Both the position numbers and the translations under genes were made by a program. A DNA stretch of 64,000 bases from Escherichia phage HEMP5, in sequence record OR424388.1, one strand, 5' to 3'. Below the pieces are notes generated by a model. The model was not told where the DNA came from and made no database searches. It was given only the letters and a program-made list of their open reading frames with translations. Below are positions 9,559 through 19,580 of the stretch, in pieces; position 1 is the stretch's first letter; every line of letters begins with the position of its first letter.

Positions 9559-9744
9559 TTAAAGCATATTCACATAAGCTATTAATTCGTTTTCTTTCTT
9601 ATCAAACCGATCAGCAAATTCTTCCTGGTGTTCGGGAGATAGCGGGCCGTATTCATCATAAAAGGTGTTTGCTTCTGTATGCTCATCTAGAAGTTCATGG
9701 ATAAGCTCAAACAATTTATCTTTTTGTTCTTTACTCAGACTCAT
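9559..9744 (-). CDS. small hypothetical protein (61 aa)
   Basis: ORF track; ATGA start/stop overlap with upstream small ORF. Confidence 0.5.
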   Translation of the reverse strand: MSLSKEQKDKLFELIHELLDEHTEANTFYDEYGPLSPEHQEEFADRFDKKENELIAYVNML

Positions 9745-9914
9745 ATATTAATTTCCAGAAGTTTTAAAATAATTCGCTTTTGCTTAAATATTTCCATAGT
9801 TAAATGATCAGTATCTTTTTGACCAATTCCGATGGCAAAACCTTTATTAACAGCGAGTTCAATTAAATTATCAAGCTCACGTAACACTTCATATTGTAAC
9901 TCAGAACTATTCAT
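9741..9914 (-). CDS. small hypothetical protein (57 aa; below ORF-track cutoff)
   Basis: manual translation MNSSELQYEVLRELDNLIELAVNKGFAIGIGQKDTDHLTMEIFKQKRIILKLLEINI; overlapping start/stop codons with both neighbours. Confidence 0.35.
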   Translation of the reverse strand: MNSSELQYEVLRELDNLIELAVNKGFAIGIGQKDTDHLTMEIFKQKRIILKLLEINI

Positions 9915-10138
9915 TTTGGTTTACCTTCTTTAACAAAATCGGGATAAGGATAAAATCCTGAATAAAATCCTTCACCTTTATGATTAATGCATCCTTTATT
10001 AGAGCAATAGCACCAATAATCGAAATCACAAGCCATTTCATCATTGCATAAAGCAAAAACAACTGGCCATTTACACTTTTCACAATGTGCATTTTTAAGA
10101 ATGCTAATTTGGCTCATAACCATGTAACCTTTAAGCAA
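9911..10138 (-). CDS. small Cys-rich (putative zinc-binding) protein, 75 aa
   Basis: ORF track; CEKCKW...CNDEMACDFDYWCYCSNKGCINH. Confidence 0.5.
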   Translation of the reverse strand: MLKGYMVMSQISILKNAHCEKCKWPVVFALCNDEMACDFDYWCYCSNKGCINHKGEGFYSGFYPYPDFVKEGKPK

Positions 10139-10326
10139 TATTCTTCTACATGCTGTTTACGACCTTTCTTATCAATAAAGGTATATTCAACGAATGTTCC
10201 AATATAGTCTTTATCTACATCATGTGGACTATTAATTGGGCATTTAGTACGGCAAATGCGTTCCCATTGACGAATAATTTCCACTTTGTTTTTAGGATCA
10301 AACGGATGCGGGTAATGTGCTTTCAT
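10114..10326 (-). CDS. small hypothetical protein (70 aa)
   Basis: ORF track. Confidence 0.45.
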   Translation of the reverse strand: MKAHYPHPFDPKNKVEIIRQWERICRTKCPINSPHDVDKDYIGTFVEYTFIDKKGRKQHVEEYCLKVTWL

Positions 10327-10777
10327 AATCCACCACTATTAAATCAATATCAGGAGTAAACATGTCGATTAATTTAGAAACCTTATCCCAATCACCGCCA
10401 GCAATACCACAACCTATGCGTGGAATGTAAATTACTGGTTTAAACAAAAGGGTTTCTGCCTGTAGATTTAATTCTATCATGCAGTTTACTAAAGCACCAT
10501 AATCAAGATTAGGACCTGGTTCGTATTGTGTATACAGGTTATAGCATATACCAAATCCTGTAGGATTATGTTTAAAAACAATAGACATATCACCTAATTT
10601 ATCACGAGAACCGTACTCAGTAGTGGTTTTATCTATTTCTAAAATTTTAGGATAGGCCCTTGCTAATTGACCTGCTACACCTGAACCCATAGTATGAAAG
10701 CAGTTGCACCCATGCGCAATAATATTACCTTGAAGAAATAGGGCGACAATATCGCCCTTGATATATTTTACAATCAT
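10298..10777 (-). CDS. macro-domain protein (ADP-ribose binding/processing fold), 159 aa
   Basis: N-terminal GDIV...GNIIAHGCNCFHTMGSGVAGQLAR resembles macro domain nucleotide-binding motif. Confidence 0.6.
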   Translation of the reverse strand: MIVKYIKGDIVALFLQGNIIAHGCNCFHTMGSGVAGQLARAYPKILEIDKTTTEYGSRDKLGDMSIVFKHNPTGFGICYNLYTQYEPGPNLDYGALVNCMIELNLQAETLLFKPVIYIPRIGCGIAGGDWDKVSKLIDMFTPDIDLIVVDYESTLPASV

Positions 10778-11115
10778 CTAGTACTCAATCCTCGATTATA
10801 AGAATCTACCAAACGGTCAACCATTGAATGACAAGCGGCTTTATCTTTCTCCTCCGCAACTGAACATTCTAAGGTATTCCACTTTTTAGCATATCGTTTT
10901 AATAAAGTATCATTTTTGTATCTGCTTGATTTATCTCTTTCTCCGTCTTTATATGCATATATTAATTTCTGCGCAAATTCAGCTTGGCATGCTTTATTTT
11001 TCCCGCAATAATCCGCGGCAGTACGGTTTACATACTCTCTAATTTCAGTATATGATGTATTTGCTAACGCAGAAAATGAAATTAATCCTATACATAAAAC
11101 CAAAATTTTAGTCAT
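10774..11115 (-). CDS. secreted/periplasmic small protein with signal peptide (113 aa)
   Basis: MTKILVLCIGLISFSALA signal peptide; paired cysteines. Confidence 0.55.
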   Translation of the reverse strand: MTKILVLCIGLISFSALANTSYTEIREYVNRTAADYCGKNKACQAEFAQKLIYAYKDGERDKSSRYKNDTLLKRYAKKWNTLECSVAEEKDKAACHSMVDRLVDSYNRGLSTR

Positions 11116-11653
11116 TTACTATTTCCAGTAGTTTATTATTTTTAAGGTAGTTAGCCTTTTCTAGGACTTCAGAAGCATATTTAGAACCTGCTTTAACATT
11201 CCATCCCGAATTATAAGAGGATATTGCCTTTCTTATATCACCCTTATGTATATTTAACCAATAAGAAAGTTCAATGTACGCCCAGGAAGCTGAATTGGAC
11301 CGTTTATTCAACATTCTTTTTATTTCAGCATCGGTCATATTATAACCAAGTTCCTTAACTCTTGCTCGCATTGTCGGCAAATAATTTTGGAACATTCCGT
11401 AGGCATGATGCTTTGGTTTAGATTTTAAATTAACTCCGGCAGAGCTTTCTTGCCATAAAATAGCAGCCATTATATGACCTAATCCGCTCTTGTGGATATT
11501 TTTGTGTGTTTTATATTTTCCATCCTTAGAAAATTGTTCCCCGAATTGATACGCGTAACGCATGTTATCGAGTTGGACATTACTGAAAGTATGCTCGGAG
11601 CTATGCGCCATCATTGAAATGGCCAATAGACCAGCGAGTAGTGCTTTTCTCAT
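11108..11653 (-). CDS. secreted lytic-transglycosylase-like protein (181 aa)
   Basis: signal peptide MRKALLAGLLAISMMAHS; LWQESSAG catalytic-Glu motif and YNSG motif of SLT-type enzymes. Confidence 0.6.
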   Translation of the reverse strand: MRKALLAGLLAISMMAHSSEHTFSNVQLDNMRYAYQFGEQFSKDGKYKTHKNIHKSGLGHIMAAILWQESSAGVNLKSKPKHHAYGMFQNYLPTMRARVKELGYNMTDAEIKRMLNKRSNSASWAYIELSYWLNIHKGDIRKAISSYNSGWNVKAGSKYASEVLEKANYLKNNKLLEIVND

Positions 11654-11660
11654 GCTTACC

Positions 11661-12122
11661 TCATTGAGTTTTAATTACTGCTTTAGAAGCCTTTCCTGGT
11701 AAACGACGACTGTTAATAATTGCCATCCTGCACTGAAGTGACGGGTCTTTGAACTTCGCATTAGGTTTACAAACTGTAAATCCAAGCCAAAGATTTCCAT
11801 CTGTGATTTCTAAACGTCCAGGACGATATTCAACCCCATCAATAAAATCCTCATTAATGTCAGGACGCGGAGGCATACTTAGGAATTCATTAACTTCTAA
11901 AACATGGTCTTTTATTTTATGGAATAATTCAAAAACATATGTCTCATCAATCTCCCGTTGAATTGCACGATCAAGAAGATGTTGAGAATATTTTAGATGA
12001 AACGATGAGACCCCTGCTGCTTTTGATGCCTCACGAATCTCATTGTTAATTTGACGAAACTCCGACTCAAAGTGACGACGGAGCTTATTTCGACGGATAA
12101 AAACTTCTGTGTTGATAGTCAT
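11661..12122 (-). CDS. regB: RegB site-specific endoribonuclease (153 aa)
   Basis: size and N-terminus MTINTEVFIRRNKLRRHFESEF consistent with remembered T4 RegB; own early promoter. Confidence 0.7.
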   Translation of the reverse strand: MTINTEVFIRRNKLRRHFESEFRQINNEIREASKAAGVSSFHLKYSQHLLDRAIQREIDETYVFELFHKIKDHVLEVNEFLSMPPRPDINEDFIDGVEYRPGRLEITDGNLWLGFTVCKPNAKFKDPSLQCRMAIINSRRLPGKASKAVIKTQ

Positions 12123-12148
12123 GTTATTCTCCTCTTAACTGATAGAAA

Positions 12149-12179
12149 AATTATACCACAGTCAAGAGGAAAAGTAAAC
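12149..12179 (-). promoter_or_regulatory. T4 early-type promoter (GTTTAC ... GGTATAAT)
   Basis: minus-strand GTTTACTTTTCCTCTTGACTGTGGTATAATTTTTC upstream of regB. Confidence 0.45.
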
Positions 12180-12181
12180 AG

Positions 12182-12505
12182 TTATTCTTTAAATCTAATC
12201 AATTTATTCATAGACTTTGAAACTTCTGCACGAACCTCATGTAGGTTTTTAAGCTGTTCAAGACGCTGCTCATAGTAAGCAATTTCATCTTCTTCGAGAC
12301 AGTCCTGTGAATCTTCTTTAAGATAACTCGCATAATCCTGGAAAGCTTTACGAACTACTTCCTGGAAGTCATCAAGACTTTGAATTTTCTTAGGAGCAAC
12401 AGATACACGACGAGGGGCAGCAGTATAATACTCATAACCAAACCCTGCGCTTAATTGAGCCATTAATATTTTTCCTCTGGTTGGAACACAGCACGACAAG
12501 CCCAC
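12182..12505 (-). CDS. hypothetical protein (107 aa)
   Basis: ORF track. Confidence 0.55.
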   Translation of the reverse strand: MGLSCCVPTRGKILMAQLSAGFGYEYYTAAPRRVSVAPKKIQSLDDFQEVVRKAFQDYASYLKEDSQDCLEEDEIAYYEQRLEQLKNLHEVRAEVSKSMNKLIRFKE

Positions 12506-12765
12506 ATACTGGCTTCTTTGAGTTTCGTTTTAGCAATAGTTAACTGATCGAGGCTTTCAGCATAATTCTTCGCGAATTCACAGTCTTCACAATTATCTAG
12601 TGCTTCCCAGAATTCATCATATAAAGCGTCAAAGATAAATCCTAAACGAACTTCAGCATCTTTGATAGCATTTACTTTACCGATTTTTTCGTCGGTATGT
12701 GGCTTATAACCTTTAACATCTTCAATCATATTTGACTTCCTCACCAGTACATAAATCGTATTCAA
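12463..12765 (-). CDS. hypothetical protein (100 aa); positional equivalent of T4 vs.4
   Basis: ORF track; position two genes after regB. Confidence 0.55.
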   Translation of the reverse strand: MNTIYVLVRKSNMIEDVKGYKPHTDEKIGKVNAIKDAEVRLGFIFDALYDEFWEALDNCEDCEFAKNYAESLDQLTIAKTKLKEASMWACRAVFQPEEKY

Positions 12766-12943
12766 CTAAACGAATAGGTTCATGAATGCCATATCCCTGA
12801 ACAGAAATTTCTGTCGTAGGATAAATTCCATTAATATCACCCATGTTCCACGCTTCATTAAATTGCTGTTCGCCTGAATTACTAAACCACTCGGCGAAAG
12901 CATTTAGCACATCTTCAGAACCTTCAATAATTATCTTTGCCAT
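12722..12943 (-). CDS. small hypothetical protein (73 aa)
   Basis: ORF track. Confidence 0.5.
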   Translation of the reverse strand: MAKIIIEGSEDVLNAFAEWFSNSGEQQFNEAWNMGDINGIYPTTEISVQGYGIHEPIRLVEYDLCTGEEVKYD

Positions 12944-13317
12944 TACAGACTCTCAGTAAAGGTACGAGCGATAACGTCGCGCTGCTGTTCCGGAGTCAGA
13001 GAGTTAAAGCGAACTGCATAACCGGATACACGGATGGTCAGCTGCGGATATTTTTCCGGATGCTTAACTGCATCTTCCAGAGTTTCGCGACGCAGAACGT
13101 TAACGTTCAGGTGTTGACCACCTTCAATTTTAACCGTAGGCTGTGGTTCAATTTCAATTTCACGGGCATGCAAACCATAGAAAATTTCTGGGTCTACAAA
13201 AGAGTCCTCTTTAAAAGTTTTAGAGACAATAATTCGTGCTTGAATACCATCTTCAAAATAAATAGTACCTTTATGCGTGCCTTCAAGAATTTGATATGCT
13301 TTCATATAACCTCTCAA
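12943..13317 (-). CDS. autonomous glycyl-radical cofactor (GrcA/YfiD-like; T4 Y06I-type), 124 aa
   Basis: C-terminal half [60 protein letters not shown] is essentially the E. coli GrcA glycyl-radical domain (RVSGY motif). Confidence 0.9.
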   Translation of the reverse strand: MRGYMKAYQILEGTHKGTIYFEDGIQARIIVSKTFKEDSFVDPEIFYGLHAREIEIEPQPTVKIEGGQHLNVNVLRRETLEDAVKHPEKYPQLTIRVSGYAVRFNSLTPEQQRDVIARTFTESL

Positions 13318-13643
13318 TTAGAAAATAAATTTATCCAAGATTGTTCTTTAATTAAAAATGGCTCAGAATCATATGCCATTAAACTTTGGGTGATTAGTCC
13401 TTTAAAAGGTCCATCAATAAATTCCATGGTAAAATATGGAATTTTATTCATTAATCTTGCATTAGGAGCAGTACACAAAACTCTGCATCCTTTGAATACA
13501 CCTTTTTGTAATTTGTATTGCTTAGGATAAAATTCGCTCAAGACGTTGTTATTTGCCAAAATTTCAAAATGATTCACCAATTTATTTTTAATAGTTTTTG
13601 GCGAAAAATAAAGATATTCGAAAAGTTGCGTATCTGTCATCAT
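13314..13643 (-). CDS. hypothetical protein (~109 aa)
   Basis: track ORF 13314..13694 trimmed to ATG overlapping stop of upstream gene. Confidence 0.5.
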   Translation of the reverse strand: MMTDTQLFEYLYFSPKTIKNKLVNHFEILANNNVLSEFYPKQYKLQKGVFKGCRVLCTAPNARLMNKIPYFTMEFIDGPFKGLITQSLMAYDSEPFLIKEQSWINLFSN

Positions 13644-14179
13644 TGCATCCCAATTACGAAAAACTGTGGACGAGTAATACCACCAATGCAACATTTACTA
13701 TTGCAGCAGTAATGTACAGTGTCAATATGGACACTATAAATTTTATCCATATCGGGAGCTTTAACAGGCTCATCAATTATATACAAAATTCGCGAAAGCA
13801 ATAAACCCCTGAACTTGCTTCCTTTATTGCCAATAAAACTGCGCACAGAATCAGTAAATAAGCGGAATCGAATATCATCATTAGAATAACGCGAAAATTC
13901 TTTTTTAATGTGGCCCGCAGAAATTTTAGCGTAAGCTGAAGTATTAGAAAGAACAATAACTGTTCCGCCATCATACAGCCAATTAGCAGCGAAGTTAGTC
14001 ACAGCAGTTGATTTACCGGATTGACGTCCACCATCTAGTCGAAGTGTGCAATACTGTTTGAGTAAGTCTTCAAATGGTGGGATATAATCGTTTTTACAAA
14101 TTTCTTCTACTCTAGCATCAGAATGGTGTGTAAAAGCATTCATCAGGGATAGATAAGGACCAGTTAAAAATGTTTTCAT
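13640..14179 (-). CDS. P-loop NTPase-like protein (Walker A GGRQSGKST, Walker B-like ILYIIDEP), ~179 aa
   Basis: track ORF 13640..14209 trimmed to MKTFLTG start; motifs read from translation. Confidence 0.55.
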   Translation of the reverse strand: MKTFLTGPYLSLMNAFTHHSDARVEEICKNDYIPPFEDLLKQYCTLRLDGGRQSGKSTAVTNFAANWLYDGGTVIVLSNTSAYAKISAGHIKKEFSRYSNDDIRFRLFTDSVRSFIGNKGSKFRGLLLSRILYIIDEPVKAPDMDKIYSVHIDTVHYCCNSKCCIGGITRPQFFVIGMQ

Positions 14180-14336
14180 TTTGTTATCTCTAAATTTGGG
14201 CCATTCCATGGCGCATGAATTGTCCGTTTCTGTATTTACCCATTACCGCACTTGGGCTCGACCTTATTACAGGTTGGCGGGAATCCCTCACAGAATCATG
14301 AGGTCCAGCTTGTTCCCATGTTATTTGAATGTAAAT

Positions 14337-14354
14337 AGGCCTAAGTATAGGCCT
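14337..14354 (-). terminator. hairpin (AGGCCTA-loop-TAGGCCT) 3' of IP gene
   Basis: inverted repeat immediately after stop of 14357..14935, AT-rich tail. Confidence 0.35.
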
Positions 14355-14356
14355 TA

Positions 14357-14935
14357 TTAATTACCACGGGCTGCATTAGCAACGGCATAAGCGTACTGAA
14401 CATTAGCGTCCTTAAACGTACCTTTAGAGGTATCTATTTCTGCCTTAAAGCCGCCTTTAGCCATAACATCGGCAAATTCTTTACGGAAAGCCATTGCATC
14501 AAGACCTTTCCATGATGATTTGTGCTTAGCGAATTCAAGACCAGCGTAGTTGACAGCCTTAGCTAATTTGTTATCAATAACCCATTTACCAGCTTTAGGC
14601 ACAAACACCGGGCCTTTCTGTTTAGAGAACAGTTTTAAATTCCAGCGACGAAGATCACTGTCGGCTTTAACAAAAGCTGCGTCTAAGTTACTAGCAACAA
14701 CATCCTGAATATGGCCAAATTTAAGCCCATCAACTTCAATATTTAGATCGGTACGCCAGCGAAGTCCTTCCCAAGCGAAGGCTTTAAAATCAGAAGCTTT
14801 TGTAGCTAAGTATCGTTCAATAGGGGCTGTTTTAGGGTCAAAGCCGTTTCCACCACGATAAGTCCACTCGTCCTTATTAATGCCTTGAGCTTTTCCTGCA
14901 AAGGCCTCGGCGATAAATTCTTTGTATGTTTTCAT
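14357..14935 (-). CDS. internal (head) protein, IPIII-sized (192 aa) with capsid-targeting sequence MKTYKEFIAE
   Basis: N-terminal CTS motif characteristic of T4 internal proteins; strong early promoter upstream. Confidence 0.75.
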   Translation of the reverse strand: MKTYKEFIAEAFAGKAQGINKDEWTYRGGNGFDPKTAPIERYLATKASDFKAFAWEGLRWRTDLNIEVDGLKFGHIQDVVASNLDAAFVKADSDLRRWNLKLFSKQKGPVFVPKAGKWVIDNKLAKAVNYAGLEFAKHKSSWKGLDAMAFRKEFADVMAKGGFKAEIDTSKGTFKDANVQYAYAVANAARGN

Positions 14936-14964
14936 TTTTGTTTCCTTGTTTGTTTTGATAGAGT

Positions 14965-14995
14965 AATTATACTATATTAATACTTAAGCGTAAAC
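14965..14995 (-). promoter_or_regulatory. T4 early promoter (GTTTAC -35 / GTATAAT -10)
   Basis: minus-strand GTTTACGCTTAAGTATTAATATAGTATAATTACTC, close match to early promoter consensus. Confidence 0.5.
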
Positions 14996-15060
14996 TGTTT
15001 AAGCTTTACCGCCAGAAATAATTCCAAAGTTGTTAAAATCGTATCCAATATCGTCAACAT

Positions 15061-15162
15061 CTACTTTAGGACTGCACCAAATACGCGTGGTAATTCACGA
15101 TACTCAGCCATAAGATGTTGGTCGGTCAGTTCAGAAACAAGTGTTAAATTGATACGAGTCAT
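15061..15162 (-). pseudogene. denV: denV (endonuclease V, pyrimidine-dimer glycosylase) remnant: first ~31 codons only, then stop
   Basis: manual translation [33 protein letters not shown] matches T4 EndoV N-terminus ([31 protein letters not shown]...) then diverges and terminates. Confidence 0.6.
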
Positions 15163-15186
15163 AATTTCCTCCAAGTAGTTGATGAA

Positions 15187-15219
15187 TGTATAGTATCAAA
15201 ACCCTTGGAGGAAGTAAAC
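15187..15219 (-). promoter_or_regulatory. T4 early-type promoter upstream of denV remnant
   Basis: minus-strand GTTTACTTCCTCCAAGGGTTTTGATACTATACATTC. Confidence 0.4.
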
Positions 15220-15221
15220 AA

Positions 15222-16462
<1,241 letters not shown>

Positions 16463-16481
<19 letters not shown>

Positions 16482-16825
16482 TCACTCACAAACTCTTTCA
16501 TTGATTCATTTTCAATATAAGACATGTAGCTATTATATTCCTTTAATTGTATTTTGTAATCCTTTTTTCTTTGCCAATTTATTTTAAAATTATCATAATG
16601 AAAATATAAAATGATACCAAAGAATGAAAACAATGAAATAATTTTAGTATAACAAAGCTCACTCCAAACTTCTGTTATATTTACTGTGCCGTCGATGTTT
16701 AAAATAAGACAGTCAATTAACAATCCAAAAAGACTACCCGCAAGAGCTGCAGCCAACGCCACAGCAAAAATTAAAAATGACTCAGGAAACGAATATTTGA
16801 CTTTATTTAATTTTGGCTTTTGCAT
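16463..16825 (-). CDS. predicted membrane protein (120 aa)
   Basis: ORF track; hydrophobic helices. Confidence 0.55.
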
Positions 16826-17220
16826 CGTGATTCCTTAACAAATTTCATAATTTCATTAAATTCATACATATCAAGTTTAAGCTGATGCTCCTTTTTAATC
16901 TTTTTGCATTGGGCTTTCCAATCGCGTACACGTTTACGATAATGTCTTCCTTGATACCAATATCCTATCCAGTTTACAGGTACTAATAAAAATGGAACTA
17001 TTAATGGAAGAATTAGCATTAACACAAGTATTTCGCCAGAATCAATATCAGTCATAACATCTAAAACACCTCCAATAATCAATAGAATTACAAATGATAT
17101 GAGTATAACAGGACCTATTAATACATCAGTAGAAATTATCTGACGCTTTGGCTCATACTTCAAAGGTTTACTTGGAAGGTATAGTGATGGTTTTGACATA
17201 TTCTCTGCATTCCTTAACAA
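16807..17220 (-). CDS. predicted membrane protein (137 aa)
   Basis: ORF track; two long hydrophobic segments. Confidence 0.55.
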   Translation of the reverse strand: MLRNAENMSKPSLYLPSKPLKYEPKRQIISTDVLIGPVILISFVILLIIGGVLDVMTDIDSGEILVLMLILPLIVPFLLVPVNWIGYWYQGRHYRKRVRDWKAQCKKIKKEHQLKLDMYEFNEIMKFVKESRCKSQN

Positions 17221-17779
17221 ATTTTTCTAGTAATAAATCACTTTCAAAATTAGGATTTTCCACTAATTTATCAAAAAGATCATCAACAATATTCAAGATA
17301 TTTCTTTTACTAAGAATACGTTTATTTTCATGTTTCGTTTCAGAATCAACTATAAGAGTAAAGAAATATTTCTTTCCCTGAAATTTTACTGTAGTATCAA
17401 TATAGAACAAATTTGACTTTTGTAAATTACGTTTAAACCATGCGTCACTTAAACTATAAACACCGAGATAATCAAAATCGTCGTTTAAATAACAAACTGT
17501 CCATTCAGGAGAAATGAAATCAGTAAATTCAACGTCAAAATCGCATGTTAATAAATGAATTGATTCAATACTGTTAATAAGTATTCCAGGACGTATTAAA
17601 GACTTTTTACCTCTAGAAAATCTTCCAGAAAGACTTTCATCAGTTTCATATGAAGAACCCCAATAATAATTACGCCCTTCTGCCATACGTTTAAGAGCAT
17701 TTAGCAATTGGTCTGGAACATCAACTTGTCTTTGGAATTCTTCAAACATTGAATTGAAATCAATTTGCATTCTTCTCAT
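17168..17779 (-). CDS. hypothetical protein (203 aa)
   Basis: ORF track. Confidence 0.6.
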   Translation of the reverse strand: MRRMQIDFNSMFEEFQRQVDVPDQLLNALKRMAEGRNYYWGSSYETDESLSGRFSRGKKSLIRPGILINSIESIHLLTCDFDVEFTDFISPEWTVCYLNDDFDYLGVYSLSDAWFKRNLQKSNLFYIDTTVKFQGKKYFFTLIVDSETKHENKRILSKRNILNIVDDLFDKLVENPNFESDLLLEKFVKECREYVKTITIPSK

Positions 17780-17799
17780 TCCTATTTACTCCAAGTAAT

Positions 17800-17815
17800 A
17801 GGGGCCGAAGCCCCT
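17800..17815. terminator. palindromic hairpin AGGGGCCGAAGCCCCT (identical copy at 58520..58535)
   Basis: perfect inverted repeat in intergenic space after stop of 17821..18414. Confidence 0.4.
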
Positions 17816-17820
17816 TATCA

Positions 17821-18414
17821 TTATTTCAGAGAATTAATATATTCCTGAACATCGGCAGAGGTAGTTTCAACCCCAGAAATATTGCCATTAAAGGTTTCAA
17901 CTCGGGCAAGAGTATCTTCAATATCAACTTTAGTCAGTGCTGCAATTTCAACTACATCATCAGCAGTACTAATTCCAAGGGCATTCGCAGCACGAGTTTC
18001 ACGGATATATTCCAATTTAACTGCAAGTTCTTGGCGAGCATCATCTAACTCAACTACTTTCTTGGCGATTTCAATTCGCATTTCAGCATAACCATCAGCT
18101 TTAGTAGTCAACTGTTCAGCTGTTCGACGATATAGCAAGCCGAGTTTAGCATGCATTGTTACATCTTGACCTTCAGAAAGAAGCTTGCGAATTTCACGCT
18201 CTTTTGATTCGGCTTGCTTATTCTTTTCGACAATAAGTTCACGAATACGCTTTTCTTCATTAATAGATTTAACGGAAGCAGTTTTTAGATCTTTAATCTT
18301 ATCAAGTAGTTTTGCTGCCGCAGCAGTATACTGTTCTTCAACAGATAGATTTTTAGCCATAGCAGAACCAAGTTTAGTGCGAATAAACTCAACAATTTTC
18401 TTCAGTGTGTTCAT
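17821..18414 (-). CDS. coiled-coil protein (197 aa), possible PspA/IM30-like fold
   Basis: ORF track; heptad-rich sequence throughout; family assignment unverified. Confidence 0.55.
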
Positions 18415-18456
18415 AGTATTTCCTTAGGTTAATTAAGATTTAAAATCCATGAGATA

Positions 18457-18633
18457 TTATACTCCGGATAGGTTGTAAACTATTTCAACATCGCCTTTTG
18501 CTGCTTTATAACCTTCAGCCCAAGATACAACCGAGTTTTTATCCGAAGATTCAAATTCTGGCATTGGGCTTTCGCCAATGTTCACGCAGTATGTTTCTTC
18601 ATTTTCGTCGAACCAAATAATTAAAGTAGTCAT
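18457..18633 (-). CDS. small hypothetical protein (58 aa; below ORF-track cutoff)
   Basis: manual translation MTTLIIWFDENEETYCVNIGESPMPEFESSDKNSVVSWAEGYKAAKGDVEIVYNLSGV with GGAGAAATAAATG RBS. Confidence 0.35.
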   Translation of the reverse strand: MTTLIIWFDENEETYCVNIGESPMPEFESSDKNSVVSWAEGYKAAKGDVEIVYNLSGV

Positions 18634-18701
18634 TTATTTCTCCGTTTCTGTATTTGTTTTGATAAGTCTATAATAACACCGTCCTTGGTGTTTGTACACA
18701 A

Positions 18702-18977
18702 TTATTTCATATTATTGAAATATTCTTCTGCGATTTCGTCGTTATCATGGTAAACTTTAGAAGACAGTTTAACATAACTTTCAGCAGTGAACATGTTAAT
18801 CACAACCTTTACAGTATACCACTGACCATCTTCATTACCCATTACTGCGTAAGTTTCAAACATCGGATGGTCAGGACCGATAACTTTAATATCATTCACT
18901 GTACGACCAAAATCTTCTGAAACACATTTCATAAAGAAGTTGAACAGTTCACCGTAATTATCCATTTTATTCTCCAA
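18702..18977 (-). CDS. hypothetical protein (91 aa)
   Basis: ORF track; early promoter and GGAGAATAAAATG RBS upstream. Confidence 0.55.
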   Translation of the reverse strand: MENKMDNYGELFNFFMKCVSEDFGRTVNDIKVIGPDHPMFETYAVMGNEDGQWYTVKVVINMFTAESYVKLSSKVYHDNDEIAEEYFNNMK

Positions 18978-19003
18978 GTTGTTTTCTGTATCAGTAGTTG
19001 ATA

Positions 19004-19038
19004 GTTGTATAGTACCATGGAAGAACGGGGATGTAAAC
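19004..19038 (-). promoter_or_regulatory. T4 early-type promoter
   Basis: minus-strand GTTTACATCCCCGTTCTTCCATGGTACTATACAACTATC. Confidence 0.45.
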
Positions 19039-19170
19039 CGTTTTGTGAAAAATTTTTTAAAAAGTTTTGGGGGAATTCTAGGGCAGGGAGGGGCAATTAA
19101 AGGATAGGATAATATATTATAAAGGATAGAAACTAAATGATGCCTAGAGAGGCCCAGAAAGGTCTAGATG

Positions 19171-19200
19171 CCAAAAAGCCCCAACCTTTCGGAAGGGGCT
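19171..19200 (-). terminator. rho-independent terminator closing the tRNA/stable-RNA transcription unit
   Basis: minus-strand AGCCCCTTCCGAAAGGTTGGGGCTTTTTGG (GC stem, GAAA loop, T-run). Confidence 0.55.
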
Positions 19201-19249
19201 AAGCCTTGCGGCAACCTTGTCGGGGTTCCACCTGCTAAGGCAAGTGTTT

Positions 19250-19500
19250 GTACGAAACGCCGGGATTCGAACCCGATTATTAAGTAGTTGACGCTACTCA
19301 ATATTTTTAAAAGGCCATATCTCGACCATATCCGAACGTTCCGTCAAAAACGCTACTCGGCTTACGGCAAAGATATTTCCTCGAATCGATAATTCGGTGC
19401 GCCGTTTCTGCTGTGATATAAGGGGGCATTAACAAAACATAAAGATTTATTAATGCCAGTCCTTAAACAGGGAACATCAGTCCGACGACTTGCCGGTAGC
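19250..19500 (-). ncRNA. candidate phage stable RNA(s) (T4 species 1/2-like) with tRNA-like T-arm and acceptor-like end
   Basis: no ORF; minus-strand contains GGGTTCGAATCCCG T-arm-like element and several hairpins; boundaries not determined. Confidence 0.3.
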
Positions 19501-19505
19501 GACCC

Positions 19506-19580
19506 GGCTTCTTGTTTGGTATCCCGCCCTGGGATCGAACCAGGACCGCAAACTTAGAAGGATCGTATGCTATCCATTAC
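19506..19580 (-). tRNA. tRNA-Arg (anticodon TCT)
   Basis: minus-strand GTCCCGCTGGTGTAATGGATAGCATACGATCCTTCTAAGTTTGCGGTCCTGGTTCGATCCCAGGGCGGGATACCA; cloverleaf with CCA; matches remembered T4 tRNA-Arg. Confidence 0.9.

Noticed and set aside
12937-13530. 197-aa plus-strand ORF
   Set aside because: Lies antisense across the GrcA-like gene and its neighbour, whose products are strongly supported by homology and operon context. Low-complexity translation with no RBS or promoter; judged a shadow ORF.
19040-19170. Possible CRISPR-like or direct repeats (AAAGGATAG x2) and G-rich tract
   Set aside because: Only two short imperfect repeats with no spacer architecture; more likely leader or intergenic sequence between the terminator and the next early promoter.
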